Shown: positions 43,858 through 53,280 of the stretch, piece by piece
Numbering within the stretch: position 1 is the first letter of the stretch
Layout: every line of letters starts with the position of its first letter
From: Alphaproteobacteria bacterium
Lineage (GTDB): Bacteria; Pseudomonadota; Alphaproteobacteria; UBA828
Direction of reading: 5' to 3'
Length of the DNA: 64,000 nt
Assembly (NCBI GenBank): GCA_963667785.2
Contig: CAXXMU010000006.1
Location: 672,001 to 736,000 of the forward strand
Position numbers and translations under genes: made by a program
Notes under the pieces: model-generated
Database searches by the model: none
What the model saw: only the letters and a program-made list of their open reading frames with translations
Told to the model about the DNA's origin: nothing

Positions 43858-45204
43858 CTACAGCCACTCCACGTAGCGGGCGCGCTCGGTCTCGGGCACC
43901 TCGCGGCGGAAGTCGTCGTACTCGTAGCGCTTGACCGTGGCGTAGTTGCGGCAGAACTCCTCGCCGAACCAGTCCTTCACCCAGTCGGACGCCTCGAACC
44001 GCGCGAGCGCCTCGCCCCAGTCGTCGGGCAGCCGGGTCATCTCCTGCATGTCGAGGTCGCCTTCGGCCGCGGGGCCGGGATCGGTCTCGTTGACGATGCC
44101 GTCGAGGCCGGCCGCGAGATAGGCGGCCAGCGCGAGGTAGACGTTGACGTCGCCGCCGCAGACGCGGAGCTCCGGCCGCGTGGCGGACGGGCTCTCGTTG
44201 ATGAGGCGGATCGCCGCGGTGCGGTTGTCCACGCCCCAGGCGAGCGAGATCGGCGCGAAGAGGCCGGGCACGAGCCGGCGGTAGGAGTTCGAGTTGGGGA
44301 AGAAGACGGCGGTAAGCTCGGTCAGCCTGGCGAGCACGCCCCCCATGAAGTGCCGGCAGGTGTCGTTGATGTGGTGCGGCTGATCGGGCGCGGCGAAGGC
44401 GTTGTTGCCGTCCTCGTCCACCAGCGACATGTGGAAGTGGCAGGAGTTGCCGGTCAGCTTGTCGAACGGCTTGGCCATGAAGGTGACGCGATTGCCCATC
44501 TGCATCGCCGCCTCCTTCGCGGTGGCGCGGAAGAGATGGCCGTTGTCGGCCATCTGGCGGACGGGCTGGTGGCGGATGCTCACCTCGTACTGGCCGGGGC
44601 CGTACTCGTAGTGGCTGCACTCGAGCTGCCCGTGGGCGGCGACCGCGTCCAGCAACGAATACTCCTCGGCGAGGAACTGTGTGCGCTTCTGCATCGAGTA
44701 GCACTGCACCCCGACATCGACCATCTCGTGCTCGCCATCGAGGAGGAAGAACTCGAACTCGGGCGCGCAGGTGGCGCCGTAGCCCATTGCCTCCATGCGC
44801 GCCGCCACGCGGTGCAGCACGTTGCGGGGATCGCCCTCCACCAGCCGGCCGTCGGGCCAGGTGAGCGTGCTCATCACCAGCGCCGTGTCGGGCTCGTGGC
44901 GCAGGATGCGCAGGCTGGCGAGGTCCGGCTTGGCGATGAAGTCGGCGTAGCCGATGGTCTCGCCGTAGTCGGTGCCCGGCACCACGTTGCCGGCCATGTC
45001 GAAGGCCATGACGGTGGCGCAGAAGGCGATGCCGTGATCCAGCGAATGCTCGAAGTGGGCGACGTCCATCGCCTTGCCCCGCGCGACGCCGCCATAGTCG
45101 CAATACTCGATGCGCACGCGCTGGACGCCGTGGGCGCGCAGCCAGTCGATGACCTCGTCGCTCGTGCCCGCAAACCGCACAGGGCCCGCTGCCGCCTCGC
45201 TCAT
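43858..45204 (-). CDS. Glutamine synthetase-like gamma-glutamyl ligase
   Basis: EFEFF, HYEYGPGQYE, TFMAKP, GNSCHFHMSL, WGVDNRT; PuuA-like rather than GlnA-like. Confidence 0.9.
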   Translation of the reverse strand: MSEAAAGPVRFAGTSDEVIDWLRAHGVQRVRIEYCDYGGVARGKAMDVAHFEHSLDHGIAFCATVMAFDMAGNVVPGTDYGETIGYADFIAKPDLASLRILRHEPDTALVMSTLTWPDGRLVEGDPRNVLHRVAARMEAMGYGATCAPEFEFFLLDGEHEMVDVGVQCYSMQKRTQFLAEEYSLLDAVAAHGQLECSHYEYGPGQYEVSIRHQPVRQMADNGHLFRATAKEAAMQMGNRVTFMAKPFDKLTGNSCHFHMSLVDEDGNNAFAAPDQPHHINDTCRHFMGGVLARLTELTAVFFPNSNSYRRLVPGLFAPISLAWGVDNRTAAIRLINESPSATRPELRVCGGDVNVYLALAAYLAAGLDGIVNETDPGPAAEGDLDMQEMTRLPDDWGEALARFEASDWVKDWFGEEFCRNYATVKRYEYDDFRREVPETERARYVEWL

Positions 45205-45374
45205 TCCTCACGCCCCCTCTCGCCGGCTCGCCGGGCCGTACCATAGCGGCAGAGGGGCGCCCGCTCAAAGCGGAGGCGGTGCCCGACCCGGTTGCCATGG
45301 GGCGCGATGCAGGCTAAGACGCGCATGAAAATCGTTCGCGTTCGCAGAATTGCCGGCGGCGAGGAGGCTCCCGC

Positions 45375-46469
45375 ATGCGCGTCGCAGCACACACCGCCCC
45401 GGAGGAGGCTCCGCCCCGCTCGGCCACCCGGCCCCGGCGGCTCCGCGCCGCTGCGGTGGCGATGCTCGCGGGCCTGGCTGGCCTTGCCGGCGTCCTTTGG
45501 GCGGCGGGCGGCGCGACCGCCGCGGACGCGCTCAACCTCTATTCCCACCGCCAGCCCTTCCTGATCGAGCCGTTTCTCGAAGCCTTCACCGCCGAGACCG
45601 GGGTCGAGGTCAACGTCGTCTACGCCTCCAAGGGCTTGGCCCAGCGGCTCCAGGCCGAGGCGAAGAACAGTCCGGCGGACGTGGTGCTGACCGTCGACAT
45701 CGGCAGGCTCGCCATCTATGCGGACAAGGACCTGCTCGCGCCGGTCGAGTCCGCGGTGCTGACCGCCGCCGTCCCCGCCCGCCTGCGCGATCCGGACGGG
45801 CGCTGGTACGCGCTCTCCAAGCGGGCGCGGGTGATCGCGGTCTCGAAGGAGCGCGTGCCCCAGGGCGCGATCGCGCGCTACGAGGATCTGGCGGACCCGC
45901 AATGGGAGGGGCGGATCTGCACGCGGCCCGGCAGCCACGTCTACAACCGCGCGCTGATGGCCTCGATGATCGCAGCCCTCGGCGAGGAGGGCGCGGAGGC
46001 ATGGGCCACCGGCCTCGTCGCCAACCTCGCCCGCCGCCCTCAAGGCAACGACCGGGCCCAGGTCAAGGCGATCCACGAGGGCCTCTGCGACGTCGCCCTC
46101 ATCAACAGCTACTACTACGGCAAGCTCTCCTCCTCCGAGATCGAGGAGCAGCGGGCATGGGCTGAGTCCATCGCCCTGGTCTTCCCCAACCAGGACGGGC
46201 GCGGCACGCACATCAACATCTCGGGCGGCGGCGTCGCCAGGCACTCGAAGAACAAGGAGACCGCGGTGGCGTTCCTCGAGTTCCTGACGCAGGCGCAGGC
46301 GCAGACGCTCTACGGCACCGTCAACTACGAGTTCCCGGTGAATCCCGCCACGGAGCCTGCGCCGACGGTCGCCGCCTGGGGCGCGTTCGCGGAGGACACG
46401 CTGCCGATCGCGCGCATCGCCGAGCTCGCGCCCGTCGCGCAGCGCGTCATCGACCGGACCGGGTGGTAA
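45375..46469 (+). CDS. Fe(3+) ABC transporter substrate-binding protein (FutA/FbpA-like)
   Basis: NLYSHRQ, SPADVVLTVD, HVYN, INSYYYG; true start may be further downstream. Confidence 0.9.
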   Translation: MRVAAHTAPEEAPPRSATRPRRLRAAAVAMLAGLAGLAGVLWAAGGATAADALNLYSHRQPFLIEPFLEAFTAETGVEVNVVYASKGLAQRLQAEAKNSPADVVLTVDIGRLAIYADKDLLAPVESAVLTAAVPARLRDPDGRWYALSKRARVIAVSKERVPQGAIARYEDLADPQWEGRICTRPGSHVYNRALMASMIAALGEEGAEAWATGLVANLARRPQGNDRAQVKAIHEGLCDVALINSYYYGKLSSSEIEEQRAWAESIALVFPNQDGRGTHINISGGGVARHSKNKETAVAFLEFLTQAQAQTLYGTVNYEFPVNPATEPAPTVAAWGAFAEDTLPIARIAELAPVAQRVIDRTGW

Positions 46470-48139
46470 GCCCAACAGCAGCGCTGGCGCGCCGGGCCGC
46501 CCTCGCCCGGCCGGACAGGTGGTCGATCACCGCGCTCGTGGTGGCGCTGGTGATGGCGGCGCCCGTCCTCTCGGTGATCGCCGCGGCGACCGGCGACAGC
46601 GAGGGGCTGTGGTCGCACCTCTTCCAGACGGTGCTGCCGCGCTACGTCGCCAACACGCTCGCGCTCATGGCAGGCGTGGGCCTGCTCAGCCTCGTGCTCG
46701 GGGTGAGCACGGCCTGGGTGGTGACGCGCTACGAGTTCCCGGGCCGGCGCGTGCTCGAATGGATGCTGGTGCTGCCGTTCGCCGTGCCGGCCTACCTCAT
46801 CGCTTACGTCTACACCGATTTCCTCGACTATGCCGGGCCGGTGCAGGGCGCGCTGCGCGACGCCTTCGGCTGGGAAACGCGCCGGGACTACTGGTTCCCC
46901 GAGATCCGCTCCATGGGCGGCGCCATCGTGGTGATGGGCGCGGTGCTCTACCCCTACGTCTACATGATGGCGCGGACGGCCTTCAAGCTGACGCCGCATT
47001 CGCTCTTCGAGATCGCGCGGGTGCACGACCGCAGGCTCTTCCTCAGCGTCGGCCTGCCGCTGGCGCGGCCCGCGATCGTCGCGGGGCTCGCGCTGGTCCT
47101 GATGGAGACGGTCTCTGACTTCGGCACCGTGGACTACTTCTCGCTGGAGACGCTGACGCTCGGCATCTTCAACGTCTGGCTCGGCATGAACAGCCTGCCG
47201 GCGGCGGCGCAGATCGCCTCGCTCGCCTTCCTCTTCGTGATCGCGATGCTGGTGCTGGAGCTGATGTCGCGGCGCAGGCGGCGCTACGTGGACACCGGCC
47301 GGCGGGTACGCAGCCTCGCGCGGCTCCGCGCCGGGCCGGCGGGCAGCGCCGCCTGCCTCGCCGTCTGCCTCGTGCCGGTGACGGTGGGCTTCCTGATCCC
47401 GGTGGGCGTGCTGCTGAGCTTCGTCGTGCAAGGGCACGCCGGGCCTGACTACGGCGACGTGCTCACCGTCACGCTGAACTCGGTGGTCGTGGCACTTGCC
47501 GTCGCGGCCCTGGTGATGGCGGCGGCGGTGCTGCTGGTGGTCACCGTCGCCTACCGGCCGAGCCGCCCGCTCACGGTGCTCGCCGGCATCGCGTCGTCCG
47601 GCTACGCCTTCCCCGGCACGATCCTCGCCATCGGCGTCGTGACCTTCGCGGGCGCGGTGGATCGCGGGCTGGACGGGTTGATCGCCGGCGTGATCGGCCT
47701 CCCCTTCGAGGGCTTCCTCACCGGCGGCATCGGCCTCGTGCTGTTCGCCTGCATGGTGCGCTTCCAGGCGATCGGCTACGGCGCGCTGACGGCCGGCATG
47801 AACCGGCTCGCGCCGGACACGGTGTCCGCCGGCCGGGTGCTGGGCCTCGGGCTCTCGGCCAACCTCGTCCGCGTGATCCTGCCGCTGCTCGGCACCTCGC
47901 TGCTGGCCGGCGCGCTGCTGGTCTTCGTCGACGTGATGAAGGAGCTGCCGATGACGCTGCTGCTCCGGCCCTTCGGCTTCGACACGCTGGCGACCCACCT
48001 CTACCAGTTCGCCAAGGACGAGCTGCTGGAGGACGCGGCCGTGCCGGCGCTGCTGATCGTGCTGGCCGGCACCGGGCCTGTGATCCTGATGAACGAGGCC
48101 CTGCGCCGGTTAGGCGAGGGGCGGCGGGGAATTAGGTAA
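46463..48139 (+). CDS. Fe(3+) ABC transporter permease (FutB/FbpB-like)
   Basis: Duplicated permease halves: LYPYVY..AR, LARPAI, DFGTV, KELPMTLLLRP. Confidence 0.92.
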   Translation: MVSPTAALARRAALARPDRWSITALVVALVMAAPVLSVIAAATGDSEGLWSHLFQTVLPRYVANTLALMAGVGLLSLVLGVSTAWVVTRYEFPGRRVLEWMLVLPFAVPAYLIAYVYTDFLDYAGPVQGALRDAFGWETRRDYWFPEIRSMGGAIVVMGAVLYPYVYMMARTAFKLTPHSLFEIARVHDRRLFLSVGLPLARPAIVAGLALVLMETVSDFGTVDYFSLETLTLGIFNVWLGMNSLPAAAQIASLAFLFVIAMLVLELMSRRRRRYVDTGRRVRSLARLRAGPAGSAACLAVCLVPVTVGFLIPVGVLLSFVVQGHAGPDYGDVLTVTLNSVVVALAVAALVMAAAVLLVVTVAYRPSRPLTVLAGIASSGYAFPGTILAIGVVTFAGAVDRGLDGLIAGVIGLPFEGFLTGGIGLVLFACMVRFQAIGYGALTAGMNRLAPDTVSAGRVLGLGLSANLVRVILPLLGTSLLAGALLVFVDVMKELPMTLLLRPFGFDTLATHLYQFAKDELLEDAAVPALLIVLAGTGPVILMNEALRRLGEGRRGIR

Positions 48140-48182
48140 GCTGCGGTCCTCTAAAGTACTTCTCAGCGTCACTTCTCAGTAT

Positions 48183-48567
48183 TCAACGGTTCGTCTTTAT
48201 TCCTGCTTTCTGAACCACAATGTGAATACGTTTGTCAGCCCTCTCTTGTGCCAATTTCCACTCGAATTCGATTAAACTGATTGCTGCTGAGACGCGTTTT
48301 TCAGCGTCCGGATAGTCGCATTGCAAGTGGATTCGACTCAGTTTTCTAAACCTAGCTTTTCCACCACGAGGAATTCTGGGTGCGATTCTTTTGAAATCAC
48401 CATCGTGGCTGATCAAAACCGCATCAATTTGCTCCGCATATTTCGCGACAACAGGATCCGGAGAATCAGGAGGAAGTTCATTCCTTAAATCGAACCACTT
48501 CATGCCCCCTCTCTTCCAATAAAAGACATACCGATTCCGTAACATTGTGATCGGCGAAAAACTTCAT
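48183..48567 (-). pseudogene. DUF5615-type PIN-domain toxin, +1 frameshifted
   Basis: ATG 48567 gives MKFFADHNVTESVCLLLEERGHEVVR; removing one base of the run at 48487-48489 continues LRNELPPDSPDPVVA..LISHDGDF. Confidence 0.78.
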
Positions 48568-48581
48568 TTGGACAAATAGTG

Positions 48582-49227
48582 TTAGGCGGCCGACTTAGTT
48601 CGTTGGCGTACCGCCTCAATATCACGTGCAACTAGAGACGGATACTCTTCAAGAATCCTACGGTTGCTATATCCGGCCTGGATAAAACTGTCAATTGCAG
48701 AAACCGGAATTCTCGTGCCAGAAATCACCTCCGCGTTACGCTGAACAAACTTGCGTTTCTCCGTGTGTCCGAATTGAGACTCGTCGCGATGGCGAAGTTT
48801 ATTGGCTCGCTCCCTAATTTCTTGGGACGATTCTGGGAAGTGGAATGTGCTTAAGCGCATATTGCCCATCAGTCACATTCCGGGGGCTCGCATCTAGGTC
48901 AAAAACGACTTTGCGTTTTAGAACCGCGAGAGGAATTTCCGACCATGGTCGGTCTGAGCGTTTCTTTAGCTCCTTTGCGGCCTCACGAAGTTCCTCAAGC
49001 GGGACTCTATGCACATCTGCAAGAATTTTCAGCGTGCGAAGGCCTACGAGATCGACAAATGAGTACACACGAGCATAGGGTTTGCGACGGTCATCATCAC
49101 CAACAAATTCTGGAGGAAAGAATCCAAGACGATCCCATCTGGCCAGCCGGACTTTAGACAAGCCTGTAATTTGTGCCACGTGATCGATGCAGAATGCCGA
49201 CAGCACAGCTTCTTTAGAGCGGGTCAC
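48582..49227 (-). pseudogene. MerR-like HTH + DUF433 antitoxin (VapB45-like), +1 frameshifted
   Basis: HVAQITGLSKVRLARWDRLGF..YSFVDLV HTH; C-terminal ISGTRIPV..ILEEYPSL DUF433; one extra base in the run at ~48824-48826 separates the frames. Confidence 0.78.
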
Positions 49228-49302
49228 CTCGCTTGCCTCCCAACGGCCGAGATACGTTGCCCATACTACATGGTTTTACTTGGTGAGACACGCGCACTTT
49301 GT

Positions 49303-49485
49303 CTAGCTGGCCCCTGTGACCTCCACTTGGCCTGCTTCTTCGGCATCAACTGCCTGTGCCAGAGTGTCCTCTGTATCCGGATCGCGACGGCTCGCAGACG
49401 CGTGCTCGGTGCCGGGCCCTTCACCCTTGGCGTGATCCACCGCTTCCTCGAGGGACCGGATCAGATCGTCGCCGAGCTTGCCCGT
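49303..49485 (-). pseudogene. HigA-like antitoxin N-terminal remnant
   Basis: GGAGGA then ACG-GKLGDDLIRSLEEAVDHAKGEGP, resembling XRE antitoxin N-termini; no HTH follows. Confidence 0.45.
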
Positions 49486-51788
49486 GTCTCGATATCCTCC
49501 GTACCGCGCTCGTCCCCACCCCCCGGCAGCGGGCCGGCCTTCATGAACGCGTTCAGCACGTTGGCGGTCACCTTCGACGCGCTGTTGTCGCAGCCGCCCA
49601 CGGGCAGCGCCTGGCCCCAGGCGATGGAGCTGGCCGACCACACCGCGCCGTCGTTGGGCGTCGTGAAGTAGGTCATGTCGGCGCGGATGCGGTGGTCCTG
49701 GGTGCCGCCCATGCCGGGGTAGTTGCAGAGGATGTCCTCCACCACCAGCGGGAAGTTGTCCGAATGGCCCTCGGAGGAGGCGAGGATCCGCGTGTGCGGC
49801 GGGGTGCCGAGCGCCAGGTCGTAGCGGTCGAACTCGATGCCGGCGGCGCCGCCCACGGCAAGCCCCTCCTCGCCGATGATGTCGCCCGCCACGCCGTCGA
49901 AGATCCATGAGACCGCGGGGTCCTCGGCATCCGGCATCTTGCGGTAGGGCACGGAGCGGTCCATCCCCTCCGACGTGAACCCGGTGCCGACGAGCTTCTG
50001 CGGCGCCCGCCCGCGCCCGCGCCAGAGGCCGCCGCGCTCGCCGTTGCTCACCATGGTGTGCTCGCCGGGGTCGGCGTTCCAGGCGCGCGTGCCCATGTCG
50101 AGGCGGCGCACCTCCATCACGTCCATGTCGCCCGCGCGGAAGGAGACCACCCAGTAGTAGCCGTTGCCCGAGAGGTACATGAGCCGGCCGCCGGCCGCGA
50201 GGTAGTCCTCGGTGGCGTCCATCATGGCCTCCGAGTAGTACTCGGCGTGGGTGGCGTTGATGACGACGTTGTAGGGCTCGAGGCAGGCCAGTCCCTCCTG
50301 GTGCAGGTCCTCGTCGGTGATCACGTCGTAGTCGTAGCCCATGGTCTCGAGCCAGTAGACGATCGAGAGGTCCGCCGGGAACTGCCAGGGCACGACGGTC
50401 GGCGCCATGCGGTGCTTCGGCCGCATGTTGAGGATGGGGCGCAGCCGGGTGGAGTAGCAGACGCCGGCGCCGTCGCGGTGGCTGTCGTAGCAGGAGAGGC
50501 CGTATTCCGGCCGCTGCCGGAGCGCCAGGTCCCACTCGTGGATCACCGTCACCTGGCTGCTCAGCACCTGCGCCATGCCGGTGTCGAGGCCGATGCGCTC
50601 GTTGGCGTAGGCGAGGTAGCTGCAGGTGGGCATCAGCATGGCGATGGGCGCGCTGGGCCGCCTCGGCCTGAGGAAGAAGACCACGTGCTCCTCCGCATCG
50701 CCCGCGCGGAGCCTCGCGGCGTAGACGCCGCTCTTTGCATCCGGCACCTCCATGGAGACGGTGGTCTCCCAGCCGCAGTCGGTGATCGCGTCCTCGTGGA
50801 ACTCGATGCCGCCGAACTGCTCCGGCGCGTGGCGGAAGCAGTCTTCGTGGCCGCCCCAGTTGAAGCCGGTCATGCCGCGCACCGGCCGGTTGACTCCTGC
50901 GCCGTCGAGCCCCAAGGCGCCGGTGTCGACGACGGTATCGCCGATGCCGGCGGCGCCATAGCCGGCGGTGGTGTCCCAGCAGGCGATCGCCTCGCCCGCG
51001 GGCCCGCCGCCTGCCGCCCGCGCGCCGTCGAGCGCGTCCCGGCCGAGCACGCCCGAGGCGACGCCCGCGCGGTCGATCTTGCCGTTGTAGAGCTGGGTCG
51101 CGAAGGCGCCCCGCTCCGGCGCGCGGTCGCAGGCGGCGGCCCAGAGGAACTCCGCCTCGGCCCTGGCCGGCGCCACCCCAAGCCGCGCGCTCGCGTGGCA
51201 GGAAAGCGCGAGCGGGACGATCTTGGAGAGGTGGTTGTTGTAGCGGTTCTCGATCGGCTCCTGATAGAGCGTCGCCTCCCCGCTCGACGGATCCCAGCTC
51301 GCCGCCACCAGATACCACTGGCGCGCCACCAGCGGGATATCGGCGGCGAGCACGTCGGTGGCGCCGGCGCCGTCGCCCGTGCGGAACTCCAGCGCGCCGT
51401 CCTCGCCGATGCCGAGCGCGTAGCCGCTGTCATCGGCGATGGACCAGCGCGTGAGCAGGCCCTGCCGGCCCTTCGCGGGCGTGCGCGGCCAGATGTAGGC
51501 CCAGAGGGTGAAGGCGCCCGCCGGCGCGAGGCGCGCATCCGGGTCGGCGACGCGCACGAAGCTCCCCAATTGCGTGTGCTGCCTGGCGACGGCATGGGTG
51601 CCGTTCACCGGCGCGTCGACCTCGCGCTCGACGAAGCCCGGACCCTCCGGGTTCTCGTCGCCGTGGATCAGGCGCACGAGCTGGAGCTCGGCCTCGTCCG
51701 CACCCTCCGCGCTCACCATGATGTCCAGCCGCTCGCCCGGCCGCGCGCTGAAGCGGTCGCAATAGCCCGCCAGATGTACCGTCGCCAT
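49461..51788 (-). CDS. N,N-dimethylformamidase large (beta) subunit family protein
   Basis: GYCDRFSARPGE start, LamG-like domain, PTCSYLAYANE, SCYDSHRDG, HAEYYS, YLSGNGYYW; start reset to ATG 51788. Confidence 0.9.
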   Translation of the reverse strand: MATVHLAGYCDRFSARPGERLDIMVSAEGADEAELQLVRLIHGDENPEGPGFVEREVDAPVNGTHAVARQHTQLGSFVRVADPDARLAPAGAFTLWAYIWPRTPAKGRQGLLTRWSIADDSGYALGIGEDGALEFRTGDGAGATDVLAADIPLVARQWYLVAASWDPSSGEATLYQEPIENRYNNHLSKIVPLALSCHASARLGVAPARAEAEFLWAAACDRAPERGAFATQLYNGKIDRAGVASGVLGRDALDGARAAGGGPAGEAIACWDTTAGYGAAGIGDTVVDTGALGLDGAGVNRPVRGMTGFNWGGHEDCFRHAPEQFGGIEFHEDAITDCGWETTVSMEVPDAKSGVYAARLRAGDAEEHVVFFLRPRRPSAPIAMLMPTCSYLAYANERIGLDTGMAQVLSSQVTVIHEWDLALRQRPEYGLSCYDSHRDGAGVCYSTRLRPILNMRPKHRMAPTVVPWQFPADLSIVYWLETMGYDYDVITDEDLHQEGLACLEPYNVVINATHAEYYSEAMMDATEDYLAAGGRLMYLSGNGYYWVVSFRAGDMDVMEVRRLDMGTRAWNADPGEHTMVSNGERGGLWRGRGRAPQKLVGTGFTSEGMDRSVPYRKMPDAEDPAVSWIFDGVAGDIIGEEGLAVGGAAGIEFDRYDLALGTPPHTRILASSEGHSDNFPLVVEDILCNYPGMGGTQDHRIRADMTYFTTPNDGAVWSASSIAWGQALPVGGCDNSASKVTANVLNAFMKAGPLPGGGDERGTEDIETRASSATI

Positions 51789-51811
51789 CGCCTGCCCCCT
51801 CCCGTCCGCTC

Positions 51812-52180
51812 TCAGCCGCCGCCTTCCATCAGCGCCGCCACGCGCTTGAGGAAGACCGCGTGGAGCGCCTCGTTCTTGTCGGTGTAGATGGTGCCGTCCA
51901 CGTCCTCGGGCAGGCCGCCGTCTGCGCCCGTCGTGGTCACGATCTTGTAGGCGCGGTTGGCCTCCAGCTCGAACAGCACGTACTTGCCCTCGAACGGCGC
52001 GCGGCGGAAGTAGTTGAGCACGCGCTCCAGGTCGTCCGAGTGCTGGCCCAGCGGGCTCGCGCGGTATTCCTCGATGAGCGCCGGCGTGATCAGGGTCCTG
52101 AGGTGTGCGCGGAGCCGCCCCTCGAAGCGCTCCCGGTATACCCGGTCCCTGTCCTCGGGTAGGGCCGTCTCGCCTGCCAT
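51812..52180 (-). CDS. N,N-dimethylformamidase small (alpha) subunit-like protein
   Basis: EEYRASPLGQHSDDLERVLNYFRR..GKY..EALHAVFLKR; directly upstream of the large subunit. Confidence 0.75.
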   Translation of the reverse strand: MAGETALPEDRDRVYRERFEGRLRAHLRTLITPALIEEYRASPLGQHSDDLERVLNYFRRAPFEGKYVLFELEANRAYKIVTTTGADGGLPEDVDGTIYTDKNEALHAVFLKRVAALMEGGG

Positions 52181-52324
52181 GGCTCGCCTCCTCCTCGTCG
52201 CGCGCGCGCCGCCGCCCGCCGCAGCGGCGAGGATAGCCCGCGCCCCGCCGGGCGGCCATCGCCGGCGCGTTCCATGCTACCCTGCCGCCGATCGGGCGGA
52301 CGACAAGCGCAGGAGCGGCGAGGC

Positions 52325-53194
52325 ATGAAAGAGTTGGGCAGGCAGGGCGTCTGGATTTTCCCGGACGCGCCATCGGCGGGCGAGATCGCCTCGTTCGCGC
52401 AGCAGGCCGAGGCGCTCGGCTACGCGGCGCTCTGGTATCCCGAGGGCACGGGCTTCGAGAGCCTGAGCTTCGCCGGCCTGGTGCTGTCGGAGACGGACCG
52501 GCTCTGCGCCGCGAGCGGCATCGCCAACATCTACGCGCGCGACGCCATCGCCGCCATCGCCGGCCACGACACGCTCAACCACTTCTACGGCGACCGCTTC
52601 GTGCTCGGGCTCGGCGTCTCGCACGTGCCGCTGGTGGAGGGCTTTCGCGGCCACGCCTACGCGAAGCCGGTGGCGACCATGCGCGCCTATCTCGACGCCA
52701 TGGACGCGGCCGAGGTGGCGATCCCCGCGCAGGAGCGCAACGTCGTGCTCGCCGCCCTCGGCCCCCGCATGCTGGCGCTCGCCGCCGAGCGGACCAGGGG
52801 CGCGCATCCCTACAACGTGACGCCGGAGCACACCGCGCGCGCCCGCGAGATCGTCGGCCCCGACGCCTGGCTCTGCGTCGAGCAGAAAGTGTGCCTCACT
52901 CCTGAGGCCTCGACCGCCCGCAACGTCGCGGCGCAGACGCTCTCGATCTACATGCCGCTCACCAACTACCGCAACAACTGGCTGAGCCTCGGCTTCGCCG
53001 AGGACGAGCTGGGCGAGCGGGGCAGCGACCGCTTCCTCGACGCGATGGTCGCCTGGGGCAGCGCGGAGGCGGTGCGCGCGCGCATCAAGGCGCATTTCGA
53101 CGCGGGCGCGAGCCACGTCTGCATCCAGCCCCTCGATCCCGCCGGCGGCACGGCGCCGGACCGGAACGCCCTCGAGGCGCTCGCCGGCATCTGA
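52325..53194 (+). CDS. LLM-class (F420-dependent-like) oxidoreductase
   Basis: GIANIYARD, RFVLGLGVSH, LAALGPRML, GAHPYNVTPEHT. Confidence 0.88.
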   Translation: MKELGRQGVWIFPDAPSAGEIASFAQQAEALGYAALWYPEGTGFESLSFAGLVLSETDRLCAASGIANIYARDAIAAIAGHDTLNHFYGDRFVLGLGVSHVPLVEGFRGHAYAKPVATMRAYLDAMDAAEVAIPAQERNVVLAALGPRMLALAAERTRGAHPYNVTPEHTARAREIVGPDAWLCVEQKVCLTPEASTARNVAAQTLSIYMPLTNYRNNWLSLGFAEDELGERGSDRFLDAMVAWGSAEAVRARIKAHFDAGASHVCIQPLDPAGGTAPDRNALEALAGI

Positions 53195-53280
53195 GCGCCC
53201 GTCAACCGCAACCGGAACGCCCTGCGCCCTGCGCGGCCGGGCGCGCGCGCACATCACGGACGCACGTCACGGAGACCAGC

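Noticed and set aside
48183-49227. Programmed ribosomal frameshifting in the TA genes
   Set aside because: No slippery heptamer or stimulatory structure seen at either site; simple indels or sequencing errors are more economical
49461-52373. Apparent 970-aa DMFase with long N-terminal extension
   Set aside because: The extension overlaps the small-subunit gene in another frame; the real start is 51788
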